A stretch of 64,000 nucleotides of DNA from an uncultured Methanosarcinaceae archaeon (GTDB lineage: Archaea > Halobacteriota > Methanosarcinia > Methanosarcinales > Methanosarcinaceae). The notes beneath the pieces were generated by a model. The model worked only from the letters and a program-made list of their open reading frames with translations, had not been told where the DNA came from and made no database searches. The stretch spans positions 468,578 through 532,577 of the forward strand of contig CAWHXP010000008.1 in the NCBI GenBank assembly GCA_963833425.1, given 5' to 3'. This document shows, one piece after another, positions 39,747-51,662 of the stretch. The first letter of the stretch is position 1. Each line of letters opens with the position of its first letter. The position numbers and the translations under genes were made by a program.

Positions 39747-40390
39747 GCTCAATATGTACTGATCCCACAGATGATTTTCAACCCTCTTCGGAGTCATTCT
39801 GACTTCGCTAAATTCTATTGTAATGTGACTGGCATTGCTCCTTATTCAAATTGAATTTGAGAACATCAAAGTCAATTACTCAGAAGATATGGATGCTTTT
39901 GCAAAAAGCCTTATTAATGGAACGTTAACAAAAAATTTGTGTAAGTTTTAGCCCTTTTAGTCGTTATTCTACTCGTCGGTGCTCCCTTATTAATTAGTTG
40001 ATATTTTGAACGATCTATAGTCTAGAGTTTTTTTATTTTTTCTGATTCTTCTCCAATTATAAAAGAAAAATCAAAATCGACAATTTCTCTTTGGAGTAGT
40101 CACTCTTCAACTAGATAATTATTTTCAATCAACGAAAAACAATGAACAGCAAAATTTTTGCCTATGTTTTTGATGACTCGATTATTCTTCGATTATTCTA
40201 TGACTTTCAGGAATGTACAAGTTTCTACCAATTAAATCCAGTAAATGCAAAAAAAGTATTAAAAGCATAGCAAAATTAAATAAGTGCTCTTGAATTCGAT
40301 TTTTAAGTTGAATCGGTAAATACTAATTACAAGAATACTTTCACCTAACTTCCTCAAACCTTTTTATGTTTTTAATTTCATATTACGACG

Positions 40391-41497
40391 ATGCTCACCC
40401 TTAATCCTAAAGTAAATAATTTTGAAAGGCCGATTACCTTCCATATAGACATGGATAGCTTTTTCGCATCTGTAGAGGTCAGAGAAAAGCCAGAACTGAA
40501 GGGATTGCCAGTGGTTGTAGGCTCTGACCCTAAAGGGGGATCAGGCAGGGGAGTTGTGAGCACTTGTTCATATGAGGCGAGAAAATATGGAATTCACTCC
40601 GCAATGCCAATTTCAAAGGCCTACAGGCTCTGTCCTGATGCTGTCTTTTTGCCTGTAAATATGAACCTATATGTTGGAGTTTCGGTAAATGTAATGGAAC
40701 TCTTGAAAGGGTTAGCAGTAAAATTTCAGCAAGTAAGTGTTGATGAAGCCTATATATTACCAGGGCCTGATATCGGGAATTTTGAGGAGGCTGCTATCTA
40801 CGCCCTTAGAATTAAGGATAAAGTCCAAAGGCAGGAAGGAATTACCTGTTCTGTAGGAGTCGGGCCAAATAAGCTTATTTCAAAGATTGCTTCTGGATAT
40901 CAGAAACCTGACGGGCTTACGATTGTAAGGCCTGAAGAAGCCAGAAAATTTCTTTTCCCGCTAAAAGTTTCAAAGATTCCCGGAATAGGGAAGAAAATGA
41001 CCGAGGCCTTAAAAGAGGTGGGAATAACCAAAGTAGGAGAACTCGCAAATTGCAATGTTCAGCTGCTTTTGGAAAGGTTTGGAAAGATGGGGGGCCACAT
41101 GAAGCAGATGGCAAATGGGCTCGATTTTGAAGAGGTTCGGGAAAGAGAAAGAGTGAATTCGATAAGTAGGCATGTGACATTGGATGAAGATACAAAAGAC
41201 CCTGTGAAAATTCAAGGGACCCTGGACATACTTGCTGAGAGTGTACACAACTCTCTCCTGAAACACCGCTTCCTTTTCAAAACAGTAACCCTTACAGTCC
41301 GTTTTGAAGACTACTCCACGTACACACGCTCAAAAACTGCCCCAATTTGGACTTCGGATATTTTTGTTATTAAACGGACAGTTATACAGCTCATTTCGGA
41401 ATTTTTTGGCAGGCAAAAATTCAGGCTTGTAGGGGTAGGAGTCACAAAATTAAGGGAAAGAGACAAGATACAGACTTTGATTACAGATTTTACATAA
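40391..41497 (+). CDS. dinB: DNA polymerase IV (Y-family)
   Basis: HIDMDSFFASVE, SYEARKYG, SVDEAY and KPDG motifs. Confidence 0.95.
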   Translation: MLTLNPKVNNFERPITFHIDMDSFFASVEVREKPELKGLPVVVGSDPKGGSGRGVVSTCSYEARKYGIHSAMPISKAYRLCPDAVFLPVNMNLYVGVSVNVMELLKGLAVKFQQVSVDEAYILPGPDIGNFEEAAIYALRIKDKVQRQEGITCSVGVGPNKLISKIASGYQKPDGLTIVRPEEARKFLFPLKVSKIPGIGKKMTEALKEVGITKVGELANCNVQLLLERFGKMGGHMKQMANGLDFEEVRERERVNSISRHVTLDEDTKDPVKIQGTLDILAESVHNSLLKHRFLFKTVTLTVRFEDYSTYTRSKTAPIWTSDIFVIKRTVIQLISEFFGRQKFRLVGVGVTKLRERDKIQTLITDFT

Positions 41498-41648
41498 TCG
41501 CTCTAGAGACTCTTTATTATTTTCGAAGTTTTTGATTGATTGCAGTTAATTGCCAGTGAAATTGATGTTGAATGTTAGCGATCAAAGGAGATATTAAAAA
41601 TCTCGAGATTTTTGTGCTCACTCTTTTCAATAAATCGCGAACATTACA

Positions 41649-44405
41649 TCAGTTCATTTTCCTGACAATTAGCTTCTTCATAGCCGTTTTTTCATCCATT
41701 TTTTTATCTGTATTTTCAGTGCTTTCAGAATCTTCGATCCAGACCCAGAAATGATATTCATTGTCAATTCCAGGGTCTCTAATGTGAATCTCAATGGGAT
41801 CTATTCTTGTAATTTCCCTTTTCTCTCTGAATTTTCGAAGAAATATTTTTGCTGCAGCTTTTTCGGGAGCAAGCGCTGAGATTACTCCTATAATTCCCCG
41901 ATTTTTATCCGTGGCAATGAAGATTCTTTCCTTTTTTTCTTGTTTAACTGAAGATTTCTGTTTTATGGCTTCCAGCCTGATCTGTCTCTTTACATTAGTA
42001 AAAACTTTGTCAGTATTTTTTTCTTCAGGAGCTGGCCTTAAAGATTTTATTTTGGAGAGGCTCTCTTCTTTTCTCTCATATGGGATATAAGGGACTTTCC
42101 CCATAATTTCGTGCAGGATCATGATTGCAGCATGCTTATCTAGAGGTTCGTTGTTATTTCCGCATTTTGGAGATTGGATACAGCTAGGGCAACCACTTTC
42201 ACAGGGGCAGCTCTCAATTGCTTTTAAAGTGCCTTCAAGTATCTTTTCGATCAAGTCATATCCTTTTTCGGCATATCCGACTCCACCTTTGTGCCCGTCA
42301 TAGATGAATATTCCACTTTTGCCTCCAAGATCATGATGTGTTGGAGTGGAAACCCCACCCACATCGCTTCTGTCTACAAGTAGATTAAGAGGGTACATGG
42401 AAATCATTGCATGCTCGACTGCATGAATCCCACCAGCAAAATCCAATTTATGTTCTCCTATCTTCTCCTGCAGTCTGTCCGGAAGCTTTATCCAAAGGGC
42501 TATTGTATTGAGAGTCGTAGGAGGCATTTCAAGGTTGTATGTACTTATTGTTTCGTTGCTGTGGGTCTGAATTTTTCTGTACCCTATAACTCTATCAGTT
42601 ACTTCTACTTCCCCAAGCCCTATTTCAACCTCTTGAGCATGTAAAAGGGCTTTTGTTGCATAGTTCTCCTGCACCAGGATTGATGAGTTGATCATAGGTT
42701 TTGTATAATAAGCATCATGTGTTTTTATGGCATGAATCTCATTTTTTCCATTGTCTATCTTGTTTATGTAGTAGGGATCTCCACTGTGCATATAGACAGC
42801 ACCCGGGTAGCACTCCCGAAAAGCTAGAGCCTTCTCTATGTCTTTTTCGAGGGGGAAGCTTTTTTCTCCTTCAAAGGCAAGGAGGGAATAAGTGTCATTA
42901 TCTATTCCCCGTAGAGAGACATGTTTGTATGGAAAATTATCAGTCGAATATTTCAGGTCGTTACCCGCAAGCATGCCTTCGGCTTTCAAGAGTTCTACAA
43001 CTCTTGGATACCCCTTTCCAAAATACTTCTCATCGGATGCTCGCAGAGGAATTTCTTTTGCAGCGCAGAGTAAGTGTCCAGCAAGGATGTATGGATTTTT
43101 AGGGTTAAGAACTGCATTTTCGCTACTTCTCACAAAAAAATCAGTAGGATTTCTCATGTAGTACTGATCAAGAGCATTTGTTCCTGCTACTAGGACAACA
43201 ATACTTTCTTTTCCGCGCCGACCTGCTCTTCCTGCCTGTTGCCTTGAGCTCATAACAGTTCCTGGATAGCCGTCCAGAATACAAGCATCAAGCCTTCCCA
43301 TATCTATCCCGAGTTCGAGGGCATTTGTGGAAACTACACCCCTAAGTTCTCCTGAATTCATTTTTTTTTCGATTTCTTCTCTTTCTCTGTCAAAATAGCC
43401 GCTTCTGTATGAGCAGATTGCTTGGGAAAGATTTCTATTCTTCAAAAGCTCCCTGCAATTTTTATACATCCTTTCAACTCCTTGCCTGGACCTGGTAAAG
43501 GCAAGAGTTTGCAACCCCACCTGGACAAATCTTGTAAAAAGGGAAGAAGCCTCAGAAAAGCTACTCCTTCTGAGAGTACAGCCTCTATTATTCAGATATA
43601 GAGGAGGATTCCAGAATATGAATTTTTGAGGACCATTTGAAGAGCCGTTATTCTCAACCACCTCTGCTTCCCGCCCAAGAAGGACCTCTGTATGTTCTTT
43701 TGGGTTTCCAATTGTTGCAGAACAACAGATGAACTGAGGAGAAGCCCCATAATATTCAGCAACTCGCAAAAGTCTGCGAAGCAGGTTTGCCATATTGCTT
43801 CCTATGACCCCTCTATAATAATGGCTCTCATCAACTACTATGAATTTGAGGTTGGAGAAAAAACGCCTCCATAGGTGGTGCCAGGCAAGAAAACTCATGT
43901 GAACCATTTCAGGGTTTGTGAAAACAATATTCTTTTGCCCTTCCCTGACTTTCCTTTTCTGGGCCTCACTAAGTGCTCCGGTATAACGGGCTATGACTGC
44001 CCCTGATCCTAATGTTTCTTCGAATTCCACAAAAGCCTTTAACTGATCGTTTACAAGAGCGTTTAAAGGAGAAATATAAAGTGCAGTTGCTTTCGAGTCA
44101 TCGAGGACGGTTTCAAAAATCGGGATCATATACGTTAGGGACTTTCCACTTGCTGTGGTTGTACAAAGCACGATGTTTTTTCCTTCTCGGATTTTATCGA
44201 TGGCCTCTTTTTGATGGGCGTACAGATATTCGATCCCTAATCCTGAAAGAACAGCTTCTACTTGTGTTTTCAGCTTAAGAGGAGCATAAATGGCTTTCCT
44301 GGCGGGAATCTCCTCTATATGTACTATCTGGTTTTGATAATGACTGGATGATTTTATTTCATTCAGCAGGCGGAGGATATTCATTCCTTGCTCCATTTTT
44401 TTCAT
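41649..44405 (-). CDS. DEAD/DEAH helicase with DUF1998 (MrfA/YprA family) and a C-terminal MC1-like extension
   Basis: TASGKS, DESH, SAT, TNALELGID and QQAGRAGR motifs; CPCESGCPSC zinc motif. Confidence 0.93.
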   Translation of the reverse strand: MKKMEQGMNILRLLNEIKSSSHYQNQIVHIEEIPARKAIYAPLKLKTQVEAVLSGLGIEYLYAHQKEAIDKIREGKNIVLCTTTASGKSLTYMIPIFETVLDDSKATALYISPLNALVNDQLKAFVEFEETLGSGAVIARYTGALSEAQKRKVREGQKNIVFTNPEMVHMSFLAWHHLWRRFFSNLKFIVVDESHYYRGVIGSNMANLLRRLLRVAEYYGASPQFICCSATIGNPKEHTEVLLGREAEVVENNGSSNGPQKFIFWNPPLYLNNRGCTLRRSSFSEASSLFTRFVQVGLQTLAFTRSRQGVERMYKNCRELLKNRNLSQAICSYRSGYFDREREEIEKKMNSGELRGVVSTNALELGIDMGRLDACILDGYPGTVMSSRQQAGRAGRRGKESIVVLVAGTNALDQYYMRNPTDFFVRSSENAVLNPKNPYILAGHLLCAAKEIPLRASDEKYFGKGYPRVVELLKAEGMLAGNDLKYSTDNFPYKHVSLRGIDNDTYSLLAFEGEKSFPLEKDIEKALAFRECYPGAVYMHSGDPYYINKIDNGKNEIHAIKTHDAYYTKPMINSSILVQENYATKALLHAQEVEIGLGEVEVTDRVIGYRKIQTHSNETISTYNLEMPPTTLNTIALWIKLPDRLQEKIGEHKLDFAGGIHAVEHAMISMYPLNLLVDRSDVGGVSTPTHHDLGGKSGIFIYDGHKGGVGYAEKGYDLIEKILEGTLKAIESCPCESGCPSCIQSPKCGNNNEPLDKHAAIMILHEIMGKVPYIPYERKEESLSKIKSLRPAPEEKNTDKVFTNVKRQIRLEAIKQKSSVKQEKKERIFIATDKNRGIIGVISALAPEKAAAKIFLRKFREKREITRIDPIEIHIRDPGIDNEYHFWVWIEDSESTENTDKKMDEKTAMKKLIVRKMN

Positions 44406-45708
44406 ACTAGAACTTTGAAGTACAAAATCAACTACTTCAGGCGTTTAGTTAAACTTGTGCTTTTGACAGTTGAATGTTTTATGCTATTAATTTTTCAGCA
44501 CAACTGCTTAAGAGCTTATTTGAAAAGTAGAATAACTACGATATAAGTCGTGTTTGGTCATGACAACAAGAAAAATCTGGCACGACTGTGAGATATTTGA
44601 TGAATTTTGTGAGAAAGTAGAACAATTACTAGTAGTGGAATGAATTTACTCTAAATTCGACGACAAATTTTTGTTTACTGCGTTTAACTTGGTTCTTCAT
44701 ATACGAAATATTTCTACTTAATAATTTATTAAGATTTATGATTTTACAGCAAATAAAGCACGCTCCAGAGCAAATTTAAAAAAATAATGAGATTCATATA
44801 AATTATTGAAAATTAATTTCTGGCATATTACGGTAATTTGGCGGCATATGTAAAAAATGTTTCCAAAAGCCTCCAATTTCTACATTTACCAAGTTCTCAA
44901 AAATAATTAACACCTAACAAGACGCCATCAATTGGATTCTAGATATCGGGTATTTCATTGAGACTTATGCCTTTGTGGCATCAAATCAAGTGCAATAGAC
45001 ATTTGTTTAGTTAGAAATTACGTGTTTGAAGTAAGGAATCAAAAACTTTAGGCATGTAGTATGATCAAAAAAGAAGATTAAAGAGTGGATAGTAGATTTT
45101 ACGCAAAATTCTGCACACTGGCAAGAGTTAGGATAAAGCTTTAGACCTTATCAAAGCTTAAGGACCTTTTTGATTTTTAAAGAACTGGGAAACAGTGTTG
45201 AGACGGTCACTCTAAAGAATAATCAATCCTGAGGAAAAAATTTTTTAAGAACTATCTTTTTTATGTATTATCGATTGTCTCCAATTTAGCAAATCGACAT
45301 TAGATTTTAAAATTTTATTAATCATTTATTCGCGTATTAGCTGCACTCCCTGAGAAAATATACCAAAAATTCTGTAAATCAAGAAAAATAATTAGGCATA
45401 AATTTACTTATATTGATCATTTTTTAGTTAACCTGGATGAGTCACTTTTAGTGTATAACCAGGCAATATTTCCTTGGACGCTTTTAAAAACACACATTAG
45501 ATTGTCTTAATAAAAGAGGATTTTTAATTTATCAAGGATTGCTAAAATTTACCATTAATTCAACTGGCAATTGACTTAAATCAATCAAAAACCTAGAAAA
45601 TAATAAAAAGTCTCATATATCGAAGAAACACCTTAATTTATGAAGTAAATATATCAAAAGATTTGAGAAAGATAGCCTTTAAGACAACGAAATATCAAAT
45701 ATCATCAC

Positions 45709-46146
45709 ATGAACCTGGAGAAACTCTACATTATTTCTGTATATGCCATTCTACGGAATGAGAAAGGAGAATTTTTGCTTCTCAGGCGATCGCAAAATTC
45801 TCACTCAAACCTAGGTAAGTGGGATCTGCCAGGAGGAAAACTAAATCATAGAGAATTGCTTGAGGAAGCCATTGTGCGGGAGGTACGGTAAGAGACAGGG
45901 ATTTCAATTATCCCGGGGAATATTGCAGGATATGCTACCTTTGAGCTCCCGGATAAACGGATTATTGCCGTAGTATACGATGGCGGGTACGTTATTGCAG
46001 ATGTCAAGTTGAGCTATGAGCATATTGAGTATGCATGGATATCTCTTGATACGATCCTGGAGATGAACCAGCTTCCGATTTATTTTAGAGATTTCTTCAA
46101 AAGATTCGACATACAAAATAAAAAATTTTCGGAACCATCAATTTAA
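45709..46146 (+). pseudogene. Nudix hydrolase with a nonsense codon inside the Nudix box
   Basis: WDLPGGK..EEAIVREVR*ETG (TAA at 45889); the frame continues to LSYEHIEYAWI and a stop at 46146. Confidence 0.88.
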
Positions 46147-46624
46147 TTCAAATAAGAGCTCATTTGTCGTTCCATATTTCGTGATCGATGTTAGTGCCTG
46201 AATACTATTAGTACCGTTTCTCAGCTCTTTTGTTTCGCACTACAGTAGACAACAGTAGAGCCCGCTCAATCAATAAAAACGCAAACAAATGTTTCAATGA
46301 GGCTTGACCATGAAAACATCATTATGTATTAGTGGACATCCATATAGCGAATAGCTCAAAAATGACTTTAATTTACATCAAATTCGCAAAGCTGCATTTA
46401 ATTAGTGCAGGATAAGATGTCTATGAAATTTGATTATAAAATCTGAAAAATATAGATGTTTTTATTTTAAATGTTGCTCCCTTTCATGATTTTTGTTATT
46501 AAAAAGCTTTCTTATATCACATATATATCCTAGAGATCTGGAATCTCGATCCTTAGTTATGACAACACCAGTTAATAACTGATATCTCTATAGTCATCAT
46601 GATGTATTAATAAATATGTTTTAA

Positions 46625-46855
46625 AGGCTGCAGGAAAGGGATACCTACAGCCCGTTAGACTGTCTGGGGAGTCCGTGACAATTTTTCACTAATCAGACAC
46701 ATAACTACACTAAAACATTTTATTTCGGGGTTTATCAACAGCGCATTTATGGATCACAATATATTAGCTGAACAGGATATAATATCTATTTTTTGTATAT
46801 ATTGAATATAGTATTAACTTTAACTAATTAGTATCAAATGTACGTAATCCTTAAC
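46625..46855 (-). repeat. Dispersed element copy E (inverted)
   Basis: Reverse complement contains ctaattagttaaagttaatac and cagacagtctaacgggctgtagg-tatcccttt-cctgcagcc. Confidence 0.65.
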
Positions 46856-47642
46856 CCACGAACTGTGATATCAACCTCTTGGGAAAGAGATTATAATCCA
46901 ATGGTATCCATATGCAAAAACGTAAACTGTAAAGCAAAACATATTAAGAAATTTCTTCTACTTAAGCTTAAAAGATGGAGAAATTTCTTATAAATATATA
47001 AAGTGAGACTGTAGTATCGAAAAATTGAGCTTTAGATTCAGTTTATTCATATTTTTTATTTTGTTTAGACTAGTATACAATTATTTTTTTTGTTTTTCTA
47101 TTCATGATTGTGATTTAGTTTAATTAGTTTAATTAGTTTAAAATGTCCCAAGAGCCTCACATGCTCCATCTGCTCTGTGAGCTCCCTAAGCTCTATGAGT
47201 AATGAATCAGCAATGTTTTCATCTAGATAGAACTCGGAAAATTCAAAAATTTTGCTACAAAAATTATGCCTCTTATATTAAATTGCTATTAAGAATTTAA
47301 TTTTATTGCTGTAGGTCTTTTGGACTTGGATCTAAGCAAAGATCAACAGAACTGGTTAAGAAGGGTTGTGAATTATTCTTTTTAGTAAATAGCAAAATTA
47401 TTTTTTCTTTGGCAGAAGTCTGACTTCTTATAATGTTTTTTTCAGTCATCATAACTATCTACGCAACAATTTTTTAGCTCATAACATTGCATCCCGCAAT
47501 TATTTTATTTTCTTGCCTTTATACGGTAATTAGGGGTTTCTAAAGGTATGAGTGTATTTACTTTTTGAAAAGATGAAACTGCTCTTTTCTCAGTGAAGTG
47601 AGAAAACTTCGTCCAATCCTTATGACCATCAAAGACATTAGA

Positions 47643-47815
47643 TATCAAAAAATTGATCTTGTGAGATGCAAGCGAAGAAAGGCCTACAGCCCAATTAAAT
47701 GCCTGGGTTAAGGGACTGGAAAACTTCTGAGATATAAATATATTTAAATTATTATATTGAGATATATATCCTAAATAATCATAACTTGAACTAATTCGCA
47801 CGGACATTTTGTGAC
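47643..47815 (-). repeat. Dispersed element copy F (inverted, degenerate stem)
   Basis: Reverse complement: gcgaattagttcaagttatg..gggctgtaggcctttcttcgcttgcatctcacaagatcaattttttgatat. Confidence 0.7.
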
Positions 47816-48100
47816 CCTTTTACCTCGAATTATAACAGATGTGAAATACAAACTCTACATCGATGTATATCTGCAAAATCTGGCGCAAAGAATTGTTATA
47901 GATTTTAAAATCCAACAATTTTCAATTTTAAGTTAATCACTGAAATTTGGAATTGAGTCCTTAAGATCATTTGAGTGACTTGATTCGTTTATCCGAGTTT
48001 TGCTTCCCAATTTTCGTTCGGAAAAACGGGATCTTTTTCTGTTCCTTCAATCAGATCCATATAATTCTTAAAATGAAATAGAAAATAATAAAGATAAACA

Positions 48101-48883
48101 TTAAACAGAGAATTCGAGTTCAAGTCCTACAGGACAGTGGTCTGAGCCCATTATTTTGGAATAAATTGGAGCAGACTTCATATTCTCTCGAAGATTTTCG
48201 CTGACAAAAAAATAATCTAGCCGTCAGCCAATATTTCTTTCTCGCGCCTTAGTTCTTATTGACCACCAAGAATAGTTCTCACCATTTGTGTTGAACATGC
48301 GAAACGTGTCAATATATCCTGCAGCAAGGAACTTGTCTATCCAAGCCCTCTCTTCTGGGAGAAAATCTGATAAAGTCTTGTTTTCTCTGGGATGGACGAG
48401 ATCAATTTCTTTATGGGCAGTGTTCACATCACCGCAGATGACAAGTTTTTTTCTTTCGGATTTGAGGGCGTTTGCGTATTCAAAAAAGGATTGATAAAAG
48501 TCCATCTTAAAGTCCAAGCGCTCCTGAGAAGCTTTTCCATTAGGGAAGTAAATATTCATTAAGGTAAAGTCATCGTAATCGACTCTGAGGAAGTGACCTT
48601 CCTTATCAAACTTTTCGATTCCCATTCCAGTCTCAACATTCAGAGGCTTTCACTTTGAAAAAATTCCTACCCCACTGTAGCTTCTCTGTTCTGCTGAAAC
48701 GAAATATTTGAAGTAGCCCGAAATATTCTTGACTTCCCTCGGGAGTTTGTCAGGAGAAGCTTTAGTTTCTTGGATGCAGATGGCATCAAATTTCTGATCT
48801 AGCAAAAAATCAAGAAATTTTTTTTTAACTGCAGCCCGAATATCGTTTACATTCCATGAAACAAGGTTGTAGTGGCTATACAT
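48101..48883 (-). pseudogene. xth: Exodeoxyribonuclease III / AP endonuclease
   Basis: SWNVN, QETK, YFPNG, GDVNTAH, IG*RLDYFF and GSDHCPV motifs; in-frame TGA at 48650 and 48224. Confidence 0.93.
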
Positions 48884-50045
48884 TATTTTCACGACTCAAT
48901 ATTATTCTGTGATCTTGATTTTATCATGGTGGCTTCGAATTTCATTTACTGATACTAAATATCCATAATACTATTCTATGTTAAAATTTTGTGTCATGTC
49001 TAGGAGTTATTGATCTAATCTGACAACAGATTGAGTTCCTGTGTTAGATAAAATGTGAATGGATTCAATTTATCATAAGTTCCAAATGTAGTGATTTTCG
49101 AACATAATTCCTGGAGATGTAGCATCAAAAATAACACTTTTTAAAGTTTTAAACTTTAACCGAATCAAATCGATTAAACTTAACATGTTGAGAGCTTGCT
49201 TATGCATAACTTTTATTGTAAAACATAGGCAAGTTCTCAATATCGACATCTCCTCACTACTATTGCGCTATAACCTACTTCACAAATCTAAAAATATATA
49301 GAAAATATACGCAGTTAATTTTAAACAAACTTATTCTAAATGTGGGTAAGTTGCATTTTCGGAGTTGATTTCTGATTACTCACATTAAAATTTCCAACTT
49401 GGAATTTTAAGTCAAAAGATAAATCATAATTTTATAAAAATAATATTCTCAAATTAATTTCAATTAAAAATCGATAAAAATGGCATTTATTAAATTTTAC
49501 TATACTTTTTCTGCATTCGCTAGTGGATACTAGTAGGAGTAAACAACCTTATTCAATGAAGTATGAAATAATCGAGTTCATAGGCACATAGCTAAAAAAT
49601 GAGGTGAGTGCCTTCCTGTAGTAGAAGTGCTGGTGACGAATACATACATATACTAAAATTTAATTCATTCTATGTCTTGAGTGTTATGTCTATTACAATA
49701 TTGTATTGCTCTATGCATACTGTAAATAAACATTAATTTTTGAAGAGATATCCTGCCGCAATTAACAGTAGTGATTAAATTATCACATTCTTAATAAAAA
49801 ATAGTGGTTTTAGGTATTAACATCAGAATTTTTGCAAATTTTGAGTTCATTTTCTACTCAAAATTGTAGAACCTAGAAAAAAAACACGTTCTGATTCCAA
49901 GGCTTTTATTTAAGCTCTCAAGATATGGCTAAATTGAATTGCATTAGAGATATTTTAAAAGCTCTTAGAAAATATCAAAGTAAAAAAATATGAAGTTTGG
50001 AGAAGATATACAAAGAAATGGTTGATATATCTATTTTCTTGGAAG

Positions 50046-50754
50046 TTATGGGAATAGATTCTCATTAATATAGTCCTCAGGAGCTACAAAAAGTGCGTAG
50101 TTGTCCTCTTTTAGTTTTTTAAGCAGCTCTTCGTTTAATTTTGCACCTTGAAGTGTTTTTACTTCAGAAATCTGGTCAATTGATAAATTGTGGGCATCTC
50201 TGAGGTTAGCCCCTTCAAGGTTAGCCCATCTAAGGGTGGCTCTTTCAAGGTTAGCCCATCTAAGGTTAGCTTCTTTAAGGTTAGCTCCTTTAAGGTTAGC
50301 TTCTTTAAGGTTAGCTCCTGTAAAGTCAACTCTTTCAAGGTGAGCCTTTAAAAGGTTAACTCTTTCAAGGTTAGCCCATCTAAGGTTAGCTTCTTCAAGA
50401 TTGGCTTCTTCTAAGTTCGCTTCTTCAAGGATAGCTTCTTCAAGGTCAGCTCCTCTAAGGTTAGCTCCTCGAAAGTTGGCTTGAACAATATCAGCTCTTT
50501 CGAAATTAGTTTCTAGTAGATTAGCGTCTCTAAGATCAGCTCCGTGACAGTTGGCTTCTCTAAGATTGCACCATTTAAGGTTAGCTTCTTTGAAATTAGC
50601 TTTCTCAAGGTTAGCTCCTTTAAGGTTAGCTTCTCTAAGGTTAGCTCCTTCAAAGGAGACCTCCTTAAGATCAGCACCTGTAAGTTCAGCACCAATTAGG
50701 TTCTTTCTTTTGGAGTAAATTCCTCCAAAATTCACCAAGTTGAAGTTAAACATC
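50046..50754 (-). CDS. Pentapeptide-repeat protein
   Basis: GAGGTGA RBS before MFNFNL; continuous ANL repeats; C-terminal LSIDQISEVKTL cap shared with the 30911 paralogue. Confidence 0.88.
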
Positions 50755-51662
50755 TTATCATCACCTCTTCCTTTCCAACAACTTTTTTGTTCTGCTGTCT
50801 TAAGCCCCCTTAAAATTAAGTTCAATTATACAATTGAGATAAAACATTCTATTCGGAGGTCAATTCATCTTGAAATGACTATTCATGCGTCATTCGATAC
50901 CTAGATTACCTACGAACCAATGCAGAAATTGATTTAATTTTAATATGGGCTTATCTTGGATCAATAGTGTTGTTTTGTATTGAGTGGTTGATGTTTGTTG
51001 TTATGTTTGACTTTTAGATCGGTTGATATTACTAATTTTGTCCTGACGTGATACAACTTCAATTGCATATGCTGTGGTGCAACACTTGTCAGAAGAGATA
51101 CGCAAATAATATTTACCAATTATTATTCCAAAATCATTTTTTGAAGAATAAATATTTATAAATATTATAGGAGACTGGCGAACCTGACAATCACCAGGAT
51201 ATCAGTTGTCTGACAAATTATATTTGAAATTATATCATTCAAGGTATTATTATTTAAACAATATAACACTTTAAGAAACATAGTTCAGAACTCCGTATAA
51301 TCCCAAGTTTACTCATATAGAATCCAGTATTTAATAATATACTGAATCATTTATTTTTTTAAGCTTATCTTCAAAATAATTATAATTTATTCTTCAATAT
51401 TATATGATCAAGATATAATATGTCCCATCTTTCTATATTAATCAAAGTTAAGCATTCAATAATTGTAATATGCATATATGTTTTCACAAAAAGGATATAT
51501 TTCATCAAATTTCCTAATCAAAAATGTGATCTTCACTTCATTTAACAAAGTTTATTATACGAATTAATAAGCAAATTAAATTTTTTTAATAATATTGAAA
51601 TAAAATGTGCGAGGAAAATGAATGGGGTAAAAGTGGAAGAGATATTTTATCGGAGTATAAGA

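Noticed and set aside
41649..44405. DUF1998 helicase as part of a DISARM/Druantia defence system
   Set aside because: No methylase, drmA/C/D or other defence partners nearby; the single-chain MrfA/YprA architecture fits DNA repair.
47130..47360. Possible ACT-domain/prephenate dehydratase C-terminal remnant (EFYLDE..ELRELTEQMEHVRLLGHF)
   Set aside because: The similarity is only suggestive and cannot be supported without a search.
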